Origin: Takakia lepidozioides
Taxonomy: Eukaryota > Plantae > Bryophyta
Assembly: GCA_030704615.1 (NCBI GenBank)
Contig: CM060732.1
Location: 61,814,001 to 61,878,000, forward strand
DNA: 64,000 bases
Direction of reading: 5' to 3'
Part shown: positions 23,016 through 35,970 of the stretch, one piece after another
Layout: each line of letters starts with the position of its first letter
Position numbering within the stretch: position 1 is the stretch's first letter
Notes under the pieces: model-generated
Database searches by the model: none
Told to the model about the DNA's origin: nothing
The model's input: the letters and a program-made list of their open reading frames with translations, nothing else
Position numbers and translations under genes: made by a program

Positions 23016-25508
23016 CTGGCGGGTGGAACGATGCAGCATAGGTGGGAAAAATAATGGAAGACAGAGGTATCAGAACGGAGTCATGCATTCAATGTAGAAG
23101 ATCAAGTGCATCCTCAAATTGATGCAATCTATGCTGAAAAACAGAGACTGTCCGGGGAAACGAGGGAGGCTGGGTACGTACTTGACAGAGTTGGCATTGC
23201 ATAATGTGGAGGAGGAACAAAAAATTCTTCTCTTGGCTTCCACAATGAGAAGCACCACTAAAATGAGTGGCCAACTACCATTGCTTGTATGCATGTAACC
23301 CAACATATTCCTCTAATGACCCATGACGGTTACAGACCTGAAATCTATGCCTTCCTTTCTAATGATGTTCGTTGTACCCACAATGTGGCTTCCGCCCAGG
23401 TTGAATACATGCAGTTTTGGTCTTCAAATGCTTGTAAACTTGAGTCTTTCTAAGCTTTGCAAAGTGTAAATTGTGGCGTGTATATGTGAAAGGGAATAGT
23501 ACTTCTCCTCAACTGCTCAAGCATGAATAATAACAAGCTGTTGAGTTTCTGGCACACAGTTGTTGGTAGTGCCTCGTTTCATATACACAGGGAGCTTTCT
23601 GTTTCTATATCTGTTGGTCATCACAAAAATTGTGATGGCACTTGTGTTGCAGCAGTGTCCACACTCCATGCCTTGGCATGGTAAGCTGGAGCACAATCTC
23701 ATGCTGGTTCTTATGTCAATAGCAGAGGTTACCCCTGGCAGAATTACCCAATACACTTATGGCATTGGTCTCACCTTTTCAGTTTTGATCACCAAGGTGC
23801 TGCCTGAAAACTTTTGCTTGCATCACAGTTGAAGCACTTGTTTCATGAGTTGGGAATCTGCTTTGATGAACTCTGGCAGCTACGTGGGGCCCTCACCCTC
23901 CAATTCGACTTCATCCGGGTGCCCTCGGATGGAAATTCGGTGCCATTTTTCCATCCGGAGGATAAACTCTGGCAGCCACGTGGGGTCCTCACCCTCCGAC
24001 ACGACTTCATCCGGGCGCCCTCGGATGGAAATTCGGCGCCTAATCTGTGAAAATTCGTGACACAATGGCGAGTCCCCAATTTCGGAGAGAGAGAATGAGG
24101 GACGAAGACGCTCAGGACAGGTGGTCAATCACCTCGATGACAACAAACATCCCCTAAACGTCCTCCATTCGTTTTGGAGGTACATTCAATGTTGTTTCAA
24201 ATTTCAAATTTCAAATTTGAATGTTCACGATCTCCAATATGTGTATCTATGCTCTAGGTAGGGCTGGTTCAAATTTCTGTTCACGGGTCTCCAATATGTT
24301 TGTATGAGGAGGCATGTGAACACATACAGGACTGTATGATGGCAAGGTCATGATGCGATGGTTGTATTTGTTGCATTCATGGGACATGCATGATGGATGC
24401 GTGCAATACAGTAACATTGAGTTCAATGTGTGGCAGTGTTTTGACGAGCAAGGGACCCGGCGCGGGGGTGGCGGGTGGAGCGGGAGGGGGGCGCCTGGCA
24501 CGGCGACTGCGGGCCGCGGCGCTGCCGCGAGGGGGGGTCGAGGCGGAGGGTGGGGGTGGGGCCACGCAGGCAGGCCCGCTAAGGTAGCATTCAACTCCCG
24601 GGCCTCTTTTATCGCTTGCCTTTCCGTAGCCTAGAAATGACCCGTTTCATTCAAACGGCGATACACATCCATAGAATATTTTTTTGGCATATAAAGCCGT
24701 TAAACCGTTACAATGATATCTAGGTTAGGGTTAGTTTTGGGCTGGTGGCGACATCCTGGCCCTTCATTAGATCTAGGGCTACAAGGCGGCGCCGTGGGCT
24801 TTGGCTTGTGACGCCTCGCCACGTGGCGAGCCACTAAAGCTAGGGCTTTTACGGCGCCCTGACACAAGGTCAGGGCTGTGTACTCGGGTGTTAGTGTATA
24901 TGTGATTTTGGTGTACAAGCTTTGGATGAGAGCTCTTGTGTGTCAGAACCTCCTGCTTGATCCTCCTCTCGTGCATTGCCAGCTCTTTCCGCTTGCCCCT
25001 TTGTTGTGAAAACCTGTTTCTTGAGAGGAAGGGAGTATATGCTACAGGCTCGTATTGTGGTGGAGAGAACCCGGGCAACGTCTAGGTGTTTTAGCATCCA
25101 CTGCCCGCTCTGACAGCATTGTTAGGTTGTTGAGGGATCTGCACGCTAATCTTTTGATTGTTGCTCTATAATCAGTCTTGTCTGATGGCGGCCAGCCACC
25201 TTGCGATGTTTTCTCCTGTTGTTTCGTATTTGCTTTCTCACCCTGCTCATTGTGCTGTATTGCAGGACGATGGCCTCAGTGCGTAGTACTAGCTGTGTAG
25301 CACGCAAAGAGGGAGAAAGCCTGTCGGTGCAAGTTGATTTGGTTTCTGAGATTGCGATTGACCCTACCTTGAGAGTAGCGACTGATCTTGCTACCACTTC
25401 TCGACGTGCGCTGCTTGGCATTGTTGCCTCGCCAGTGTCACCCCCAACACTAATGGTCCTGGTCTTGTCGTGCATTTGAATTCATCTAGCCCTAGATATG
25501 ATGTTAAT

Positions 25509-26453
25509 ATGAATGAGGCCGAGGCTTAGTCACCAAGAGATGAGAGGTCGCCCAACTCTCTAGATAGTTGCGATCCGGAGTACTATAATTTTGATAATTT
25601 TTATGATCCAGGTCCTGATTACGAGTGTCTGAGAGAACGAGAGAGTGAGTTTGAGAGGGATGTTGAGCGATCTCGGGAGTATGATGAGTTTCTAGGAGAG
25701 TTGCTTCCGGAGGATGTGCAGTGGTTTGAAAAGTTTGAAGCATCTGTTCGAAAGGATGCTCGTCGTCTGAACAGTCATCACGAGGCGATTTTTATACGAC
25801 CTGGGTTGAGTTCTGATTTTGGGAGAGAGAGCGTGTTGTGCCAGACCCGAGCCGTCGTGGCTGTCAGGAATTCTCTGCGCTTGCGGCCAAAAGTATTCAA
25901 GGCTCGTCTTCTTCATCATCGGCAGGTGGCCTGGGAAGCGCTCGGGCTTCACTTAACATTATCCGTCCGCCGTGAGTCGGGCCTGTGGCAGACGACCAAA
26001 CAGACAGCAGGCTCTTGGCTTTCATTGTTGCTCGAAGGCTCTGGAGCCTTGTTGTTACGAGCTCTTCGATTTCACTCCCGGGTGTGTCGTTACAAGCCCA
26101 CGACGGTGGACTTGGTGGATGGTCTCGTGGGAAATAGTTTGCATGTGCAGTCGTCCGACATCGTGATTTTGCCAAGCGCCTGCTTTGAAGAGCAACGTGT
26201 ACTTTGCCCTCGCGTTGCAGATCACCTGGATAGCTTTCCCAATTCCTCAGTACTGTCTCGGACGTGGGAGGAGAACGGCACGACACGGGTGGGCTTCTGG
26301 ATTAAGGACGAGAGAGTGTGGGAGTGGCTGGCGTTGGCAGTTCATGGTTCCAGTTCTCACGACCTGCTCAAGCTTCTTTCTTGCTCTGTCTGGACTCCCG
26401 AAGCTTCACGGGTGCCAAGCCCAAGGCCGCGGCTGCTCATCCCGACAGCTTAG
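25509..26453 (+). pseudogene. Extra ORF of unknown function upstream of gag in the outer element
   Basis: ATG at 25509, a single in-frame TAG at 25527, then open to 26453 (includes the 250-aa track ORF). Lies between the PBS and gag. Confidence 0.5.
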
Positions 26454-26581
26454 AGATTCTTTCTTTTCCACGATTGTCTTTGTTTTTGCATGCCCAACAC
26501 ATCTGCAAGTTCTTGGTTGCGATCTGGTAGATAGAAGTTCATGTCTGGTTCACAAGAGCCACTCGGCCACCTGGCAGAGGC

Positions 26582-28919
26582 ATGCCTGATGTAAGTGGGG
26601 AATCAGACAACCTCCAGGCAGGTAATGCCTTGATTGATGAAGTTTCCTCGGACTCTGGTAATTTTGAGGAGGACTTAGAACTGTTGCATGATGATGGTAT
26701 CGTGAGGATAGATAAGGAGGGCTCTGTTGTTTTGCCCATGGAATCGGGGGTGGCAAACCCCGCAATTTTTCCTACTCAGATTAGTGGAGCCATGGAGGTT
26801 CAAAGTAGTGAGCCTATGGTGCGATCTGGTCATGGACAAGGTAGAATCGGGTTGGTCTTGGACACTCGGGCTATTACAAGCAGTATGCCGGCCCAGATTG
26901 CTAACTCGAGTCCTAGTGTGCTGCTTGTTGTGAATCTCCCTAGTCCCACTCTCGGAGGAGGGAATTTGTTGCTTGCAAATTTGGGTATGCATGTGGGTAG
27001 TTTTCTGTGTTGAATGTGCATGGTGTCGTTCAAGGTGGGGGTATCATGATGCAAGGGCCCTCTAGTGTATCTGCTGCTCCGACTCCTGCCATCACAGGTC
27101 AATCAGTGGGGGCTCTCCCTGCTCCATAGGCTGGGGTGCCACCACACCTTGTCTCTAGCCAGTCCATAGGCATGCATGTTAGCAATATCACTCCTATCAG
27201 TATAGGATCAGTGTCAATACAACCGGTGGGAGTGACATCCACTCTTCCCATGAGTGGAATGCCACAAACCCACTTGCAGTCAAGCTACCCTGCTGCTCAG
27301 CCAAATGTGGCAACACCTGCTCTCCTCATGGGCACGATGCCGTCACATCTGCCAACTTCAATTGTTGAAAGATCAGCCAACAATAATAATACGAGTTATA
27401 ATTCTGTATCTAATATTGGATATGTGCATAGTAGTGCTGCTCCCATGGTTCTCTGTTGCCCTCCTCATGGGTCTGTCCTCCTTGGTCACATCAACCATAG
27501 CTTGCCTTGTCATTTGATCCCTCAGCTGACTACTCAACCCTACCCATAATATACCATGGGAGAAGACTTTGATAGATATCTTCAGATGTTTGAGGTCATT
27601 GCTGGTGTCAATGGAGTGCCTGAAAATTTCAAGATGGCGATCTTTAGGATGAGCATGAAGTGATCAGCTCGTGACTTGCTGCATGCAGCTGTCATGGATC
27701 ATCCCAGCCTCAATTGGGCAACTTTGGTGGAATGGGTTGTGGAAGTATTACATGGATCTCAAATTTGCTGCTATTGAAAATATCATAGACCCAGCACAGA
27801 GGTATCGTATGGTTAAGAGGTATTTTATCCTTGGGTTGCCTTCCACTATTTAGAATTAGGCTCAACGACGTCATTTTGTCAATGACAAGACTATGTTAGC
27901 ATAAATTAACCTTAAAATGGCAGACTTGGCTGACAACAAATCAATGCAACATCATGCCAAGTTTCAAGCTCCAATAGGCTCAGAGCTTGGCATGTGTGCA
28001 ACATCCTCACCCTATGTTCCTCCTAGCTATGCTATGCAAAGCTGATGACTTTACTCTTCAGGGATTGGCTAATACCGTGGGAAGTCTTAGTGAGTCTGTG
28101 GCCACTTAGTTTGCTGCCATGCACGCTCATCAACAGAGGTGGCAGCCTCGACATGGCCAATGACACACAGGTGGTAACAATAGAGGTCGAACCCAAACTG
28201 GACAAGCCTATGAGGGTAATCGTGCTGCCTGTTACATTTGTGGGTCCTTTGAACATTGGACGAAGCATTGTCCAGACAGAGCAGGACTACCAGAGCTGAT
28301 CAAGAACAAAAAGGTAGCTAGTGGCTCATACCCTCCTTTAAACTAGAGAGACCTCTTGGGAAGGGGGCAAGAGCTCCATCATCTACCAACCCTATTTCAT
28401 ATCATGTTCCAATTCAAGCTATTTTATCTACTAACTTTAAAGCTTTGCATTGTCCTCTCAGTAGACAGACTGCTGGTCAGCAGATCAGTCCCCTCATGAC
28501 CCAGTGTCATATCCATGAGCTCAGCTTTCCATGTGTGGTTGATACTGGATGCACTATATCTGCTATACCTTTAAGTGTTGTAAGAATTCTTGGTCTTAAA
28601 CTATGTCCTGCCATAGGTATTGAGGTACTAATTGCAGATGGATCCATGTATGAGCCCTTAGGATTAGTCACTGTTCCCTGGCAGAATTCAAAAGAAGGAG
28701 GTTGTGGTGACCTGCATAGTTACCATTGGAGATCAATTCATGTTAGGCCTTGACTGGATGACTGGAGCTGGTGCCACCATCAGCTTAGCAGACTACTCCC
28801 TTCGCTTTAACAATGGAGAAGGGCATGAAGTAGTGGTTCCCTTGAAAGCAGTTAAGATCAAAGCTGGGTCTGCTACAACCAATTTGTCCATAGTCCAGGC
28901 CCTGGTAAAGGAGGTATAG
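26582..28919 (+). pseudogene. Outer element gag and protease (decayed)
   Basis: P/S-rich N-terminus; gag-like GEDFDRYLQMFEVIAGVNG at ~27560; CYICGSFEHWTKHC knuckle at ~28228-28270; protease VVDTGCTISAI...FMLGLDWM. Confidence 0.8.
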
Positions 28920-31900
28920 CAGAACTCTCACTCCAACCTCAATTGGAATGATTTCTACAAGTTTCAGTCTGATCTTCAACTCTTATATCAGTGACATGTT
29001 CCTAGTGCTGGGGATAGGACAAGGGTGCCCATAGCTATTCCAAAGAATTCTACTCTAATACGTGCACCTCTCAACATCACCATCCCTGCCATGACCCAGA
29101 AGGTGGTCAAGTCTGGCTGTCAAGGACGAGAACATGACTGAATACAAACAAGAAATCAGACTAGAGGTACAAGACTAGACAAGAAGTCAAGGTCGGCGTG
29201 GCCGAATGCATGGTGGGTAAACATGAATCAAGATCATCTTTATAACAATGGACAAGAGTACAAGATACACTCGACTCGAATACTGGAATGCTGGAAACTG
29301 GACTGGGGTACCAGATACTGGAAACTGGACTAGAGTACTGGAAGTTGGACTGGAGTACTGGGACTAGGAACAAGAGTAACTTGAACTTGAGTTGGCGAGA
29401 CTGAAGAATGTCCAGTCTCGCCTCCTATATATACTGGCTACTAGGAGGTTCCCTAAGAGGCTTCCCCAAAGGAGGTTTCTTGATGGAGAAGTTTCCTTAA
29501 ATAAAGGAGGATCTCGATGGAGAAGTTTCCTCCAAAGGAAGCTTCTTGAGCAGTTTCCCAAGTTACTCTCGGTAATTGGGTAAACTCCCGATAACTTGGT
29601 AACTAATGGTAACTTATGGTAAATCATGGTAGATCACAGTAAATTACGGTAACTTTCGGTAACATGGTAACTTGGTAACTTCTGGTATTTATTCCTGGTA
29701 AGTTCCTCTGGGATATGTCTGTGACATCACCCCCTTCTTTAGCGCCGAATTCCTCGAGGAGCGGTAAAATCTTGGACTTGCTTAAAGTTGGAGAACCTCC
29801 ATCTTTAGTGTGTATTAGATACACTGAATGTGGAGTCTTCACCTTGAAGCTAACTTGGCTGACATCATTGTTGTGACGTATTATTGACGTATAGCTCGGG
29901 GCTTAGCTGGATATCGTTGATGAAACTCTTGGACTTTGTCAGATGCATTGGCAAGGTTGGATGAAGGTTCTCACGTTCGTTCGCTGATGTTGTAGCCTTT
30001 CCAATGTACAAAATACTCAACGTTTATACTTGATGCGAGAGTCTAAGACTTCGTCGACTTCATACTCGATTTCCTGATTGATTTCGATTGGTGCACCCAA
30101 CGAGCTAACTTAAAGAACCAAGTCTGATGAGAGGGTAAAACAAAGACCTCTTATGTGTGCAACTTGTGTCTGCAGTGTTCAGAATGACATTTGGTAATCT
30201 GACGGACATTCACTTTTTTACCAACGTTGTCCCACTATTGACTGGGGTCAGAAAAGTATTTATACCACAGCTTCTCCTCATCTCTGTTACCAAAGTACCA
30301 GCTAACATGCAGAATTCAACATGGAAATTTAGGGCAGATTCTGATAAGAGTGGAAAACAGGGTGAAATGTGTAAAGAAGGTGCCTTCTCCTCATCCATGT
30401 TATTTGTTTTTGGTTACTTTCCTGCTGCCACACTGGCAATAACTTGTCAAAATCTCTCCTAACCACCACAGATCCACCCAACGAACTAACTTCCAGAATT
30501 CAATATGCATCTCAGGGCCGAGTCTGCAGCATTCAAAATGACATCTGGTAATCTACAGGCATTCACCTTTTTGCCTCGTTTGTCCTAGCATTGGCTAGGG
30601 TCAGAAAAGTATTCATCCCACAGCTTCTCCTCATCTCTGTTTACCTGTTTTTGGATACTTTCCTGTGTCACATTGGAAATGTAGGGCAGATTCTGATAAG
30701 AGGGGAAAACATGGTGAAATGCGTTGAAGAAGGTATCTTCTCCTCGTCCATGTTATCTGTTTTTGGATACTTTCCTACTTCCACATCAGCAGTAACTTGT
30801 CAAAGTCACTCCTAACCACCACGGATCCACCCAACGAGCTAACTTACAGAGTTCAATACGCATCTCAAGGCCGAGTCTGATGAGAGGGTAAAACAAGCAG
30901 AAATAGGTTGAAGAAGAAGATGCACTCACCACATTGTCCTTGACCTTGTGTCATGACCCATGGAGGATTTCACCGAACATCAACCCTAAAGAACCTCTTG
31001 TGTGTGCAGCTTGTGCCTGAAGCCTTCAGAATGACATTTGGTAATCTGTAGGGATTCACCTTTTTGCCTTGTTTGTCCCACCATTGGCTGGGGTCGTTCA
31101 TCCCACAGCTTCTCCTCATCTCTGTTTACCTGTTTTTGGATACTTTCATGTGTCACATTGGCAGTATCATTTCAAAGTCACTCCAAATTACCATTAAAGG
31201 TTCACTCACAGCTAACTTGCAGAATTCAACATGGGAATGTAGGGCAGATTCTGATAAGAGGGGAAAACACGGTGAAATGTGTCGTGCACCTCAGTTCGGT
31301 AAGTTCCCCTTCAAGTCATAGATACTCGCTTGATGCGCGCGCCTAACTCCCAAACTGGCCGCCGGGCCAACTCGGAGCTTCGACTGCTCACCGGGACATA
31401 ACGGTCCCCCTTTACTCCTCCACAAGACCCTCTCTCAATTTGGGCCAAGTGGAAATTCCCTTTGGTCGATGGCAGTCTGGAACAGCTCCCCACACCTGGG
31501 TCGCTTTCCCCGCACGCTTACTCACTAGTTTTTGGTTGCCAACGGGCTTGCACCGTTCTCGGGGTTACTACTCCCTATATATACTTCTGTGACTGTCCGT
31601 GGGGGTTTCACAAACAACCATGCCATTTTATGGCGAACCACCACGAAAACCCTCGATTCCCGGTGATGAATCGCGGTGAGTCTTGGCCCACCCACCACGG
31701 TCCCATTGGACCGTGATGAGTCCCAAGACTCCCCACGACTCCCACCACAAGGTCTCCGCCCCCATGGTGAGTCCTATGCCACCCCCACTAAGTCCCACTA
31801 AGCTACCACCACCCCTCGTGGAACCACCTCCACCGCAACCCGGTATGCGGGGCTCCACCTAGTGAGCGCCTCCGCCTCCTTGAGTGCCTTGGGCACTCAA

Positions 31901-32606
31901 GGGTGCTTCAGCCCCTGCAACTAATGTTGCCACTGCCCCCACCACAGGGGCAGCCCCTCACGTGTCCCGACCCCCTGCCCTCAAGGCAAAGGGCCGCGAC
32001 ACACACCCCTACCAACAAGGAGTCGATGTCCTCATCGACTTGTCCATTTTGTAGAAACGAACATCCAAGTTGTGGCGTCCCACATCAAGTACCATGGTGT
32101 CCCATGGCAAAGAACCAAACCCCCACTTGACTCTACTCTCTACTAGCTAGTTCGGCTGACTTCCTCCAAGTCCCAGCCAGGGGTGGAGCCTCTCAAGCTC
32201 CACCCAGTGCACTCTTCTTGGCCCACTTCAGGGCCAAGGAGGCAACCCCCCTCGGTAGCGCAGTTATAGTACGCGCACTCGCCAGGTGCGCACTAGCACG
32301 TGAACTCCCAAAGAAAGCACAAGTTTCTTTGTCCCTTGGATGGGAGTCACCCGATTTCGGCACTGCACAAACACACGATTAATCCAATTTACCTCTCCCA
32401 CTTTTATAAGCTAGCATGCATTCTACACACTAGCCAACCATACAATGCATCACCATTCCAAACAAAATAGGACACACATCATTTGGAAACCATTTCATTT
32501 ATAACACAATTTATACCAATACAGGTTTTTGCCAATGGATTCTTGAGCTAGCTAAGCCGGGCTAAGCATGCATTTCCTCCCCCACGCTCTAAGGTTGATG
32601 TCCCCA

Positions 32607-35600
32607 TCAACGCTTCTTCCGCTTTTGAGGTCGCCCTTCAAAAACTGCAACCGCCTCGGATGCGTTTCCCATTTCTGAGGCACGCACCCAAGATGCCTCC
32701 ACATGATGATAGCCCTTCCATTTCACAAGATACTCCGTTTCTTGATTCTTGAACCTCCTCGACTTAAGCACTGCCTCCACCTCGTACTCAGGTTCATTTT
32801 CATGATCCAACAGCACAGGTGGCAGACGCAACACTTGATGCCGATTCGGACGCGCTTCATCTTTGAAGTAAGGCTTCAAAAGGGAGACGTGGAATACCGG
32901 ATGCACCTTGCTGTTTGTCGACAGCTCCAATTCATACACATCCTCATTCACAATCTTCCGGATGCGAAAGGGTCCCGCATACGGAGGTACGAACTTCGGA
33001 CTCACTTCCAGAGGTAGTAAAAAATTCTTGATGTTCAACCAGACCTCCGTGCCTGCCTCAAACTTGACTTCCCTCCGCTTCCGATTTGCCTGCTGTTCAT
33101 ACCGTTTCCTAGCTTTGGCAATGTTGTACTTTGCGAGCTTCAACAAACGCTCACGTTCTTCCAGCACTACTGCTGCTGCCGGTTCATCAACGTCTTGGGC
33201 AGCCCAACTTGTCGGCACCAAAGGTGCTTTTCCATAGACCAATACAAAAAGGGAAACTCCCGTTGCGGAGTGTTTTGTGTTATTATAACAAAACTCTGCC
33301 GCATCCAAGTGCTCCACCCAGTCCGATTGGTCTGCCGACACGTAATTCCGCAAGATCTGCTTCACCACGGAATTCACCCTTTCCGTTTGGCCGTCCGTCG
33401 TAGGTCGGAAGGCGGTGCTCATCTTAAGCCTTGTCCCCATTTTCTTCCAAAGTGCCCTCCAAAATTTACTTGTAAACTTTGGATCGCGGTCTGAGACAAT
33501 ATCCTTCGGGAGTCCATGATGCTTGAAGACGTGGGCGAAGTAAAGTCGCCCCGTCTCCTGCGCCATTGCCGTCTCCTTGGTGGGGATGAAATGGCCCATT
33601 TTACTGAACCTATCCACCACCACCATGATTGCATCGAATCCTTTTGACGGTGGCATAGCAGTCATGAAATCCATCGAGACACTTTCCCAAGACCCCTCTA
33701 GAATCGACAAGGGTTGTAACAGCCCTGCTTGCTTTTTTTACTCGCTCCGGTTTTGTTGGCATGTGGTGCATGTCTTGACATGCTCCTCGGCCTCCTCCCT
33801 CAGTTTGGGCCAGAAATACTCTTTCTTCAAGAGTGCCACGGTGCACTTGGCTCTGCCCTGGCCGACAAGTGGGCCATCATGGCATTCTCTCAAGCGACCA
33901 TCTCTGATCCCTCCTTTCGACACATAGAGACGCTTTTGCTTGTACCGGAGCAGTCCATTTTGCAAGTGGAACTGCGATTTAACCCCCATCCTCAAGTCCC
34001 GCATCACAGACTTCGCTGTCTCATCCTTCCGGTAAGCCTTCCAGATCTTCCTCTAGAGCGCCGTCTCGCCGTTGTACACTAACATGAGCTGCTGCTTTCT
34101 ACTTAAGGCATCGGCCACCACATTGTCCCGTCTAAGTTTGTACTGGATATCCACGTCGAACACCGCCAAAGTGTCTTGTCACCTAAGTTGTTTTGGGGAC
34201 AACTTAGGCTGCGTGGCAAAATACTTCACCGTGACATTGTTCGTGAACACCTTCACCGGGTTGGAACTAATATAGTGGCGCCAAAGCTCTAGGCAATGCA
34301 CCACCGCCTTCATCTCTTTCTCGTGCGTTGGCCACCGTCGCTCCACTTCATTCAGTTTCTTACTTTCGTAAGCCACTAGACGTCCAACCTGCATGAGCAC
34401 ACCCCCAATTGCGAAGTACGACGCATCCGTATGAATCTCAAATGGACGGTCGAACTCCGGGATTTTGAGGACTGGAGCTTCCGCCATCCGCTGCTTCAAC
34501 TCGGCAAAAGCTTGGCCACAAAAGGTGTTCCATACCCAGGCTTTGGACTTACACATGAGGTCTGACAGCGTCCCCGCGATCTTGGCGAAATTTCTCACAT
34601 ACTTCCGGTAATAGGAGGCGAGTCCTAGGAAGGATCGCACTCCCGAGACCGAAGTCGGAGGCTCCCAGTTCAACATCGCCCTCACCTTTCTGTCATCCAT
34701 TTTTATCCCATCTTGTGTAATCACATGCCCCAGGAACTCCACTTTTGTGACCCCGAATTTGCACTTCGAAGCTTTGGCATACAGCTTCCCTTCCCGCAAT
34801 TTCTGGAACACCCTTTTGAGGTGCTCCAGGTGCTCTTCCTTTGTTTTCGAGTACACCAAGATGTCGTCGATGCACACGATCACAAAGTCATCCAACCACT
34901 CCTGGAAAAGGCTATTCATTAGCGTGCTAAAGGTCACGGGTGCGTTGGTAAGCCCAAAAAGCATCACCAAGAACTCATATGAACCATACCTTGTCTTGCA
35001 TGCCGTCTTCTCCTCATCTCCTTCCGCCACTCGAATTTGATGATACCCGGAGCGCAAATCGATCCGGCTGAAATACTTTGCTCTTGCCAACCGATCAAAG
35101 AGGTCGTTGATCCTTGGCAAGGGGTATCGGTTTTTGATAGTCACCTTATTCAAAGCCCTGTAATCGACACACATCCGCAACGTCCCATCCTTCTTGTCTG
35201 CAAATAGCACCGGGGCTCCGTAAGGTGACTTACTCGGCCGGATGTACCCCTTTGACATTAGATCCTTGAGCTGAGTCTTCAGCTCGACCAACTCTCTCTG
35301 GCTCAACCGGTAGGGCGCCTTGGCAGGCGGTTCTGATCTCGGTCTCACCTCAATCTTGTGGTCAACTCCTCTTCGCGGTGGCAAGCCGCTTGGTAAATCC
35401 TCCGACATCACATCCTGATATTTCTCAAAGTCCCTTTGACCCAATTTGGGCTCGGCTCCCCATCGCCTTCTCCTTGTCTTACGTAAAGCAAAAATTAGGG
35501 CTCGTGTGGCTCCTCCACGGCCCACTCCTTTGCTGATAGCAAGTTTATTCGCCCTCCCACTGGGTTGGGCGTTCCGAAACTCGTAAAACTTCGCCACCAT

Positions 35601-35937
35601 TCCCACACGGTAGCGTGACTATTCTCTTACGGCCATCTATGACCGCTCCTGATTTGCTCAAAAAAGTCATCCCCAAAATGAGATCCATTCTATCGATCTC
35701 GTAAATGGTGAAGTTCTCACGTCCCTCCCAACTCCCAAGCTGAAGAGGAACATCGAACTCCAACCTCGTCGCCAATTGAGGTTCTCCTTTAGCAGAACGC
35801 ACCTCAATAGAAGCCCCCACATCACTTGTCGGGAGTCCCAGCTTCTGTGCCGTTGTCGGTGTCATGAAGGAGTGCGACGCTCCTGTGTCCACCAACAACG
35901 ACACGTTAGTTCCGGAAATTATCCCACTCACGAACAA
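32607..35937 (-). pseudogene. pol of the Galadriel-like element (PR, RT, RNaseH, integrase, chromodomain) with stops and a frameshift
   Basis: LLVDTGASHSF; [11 protein letters not shown]; VCIDDIL (YxDD mutated); HTDAS; WESVSMDF; IVSDRD; GQTERVN; YAGPF; EYEVEAVL..YLVKWKGY..SW. Confidence 0.93.
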
Positions 35938-35970
35938 TAACTGACTCCCTTTACGCAGGGCGCCAGTCTC

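Larger units (their letters stand above)
16705..24620. mobile_element. Pack-MULE-like non-autonomous element with long TIRs
   Basis: Inverted repeats 16705-16975 and 24331-24620, both beginning GGCAAG(T/C)GATAAAAGAGGCCCGGGAGTTGAATGC. The flanks look like the two halves of the outer 5' LTR. TSD is degenerate. The interior holds PPR/PDF gene fragments and no transposase. Confidence 0.7.
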
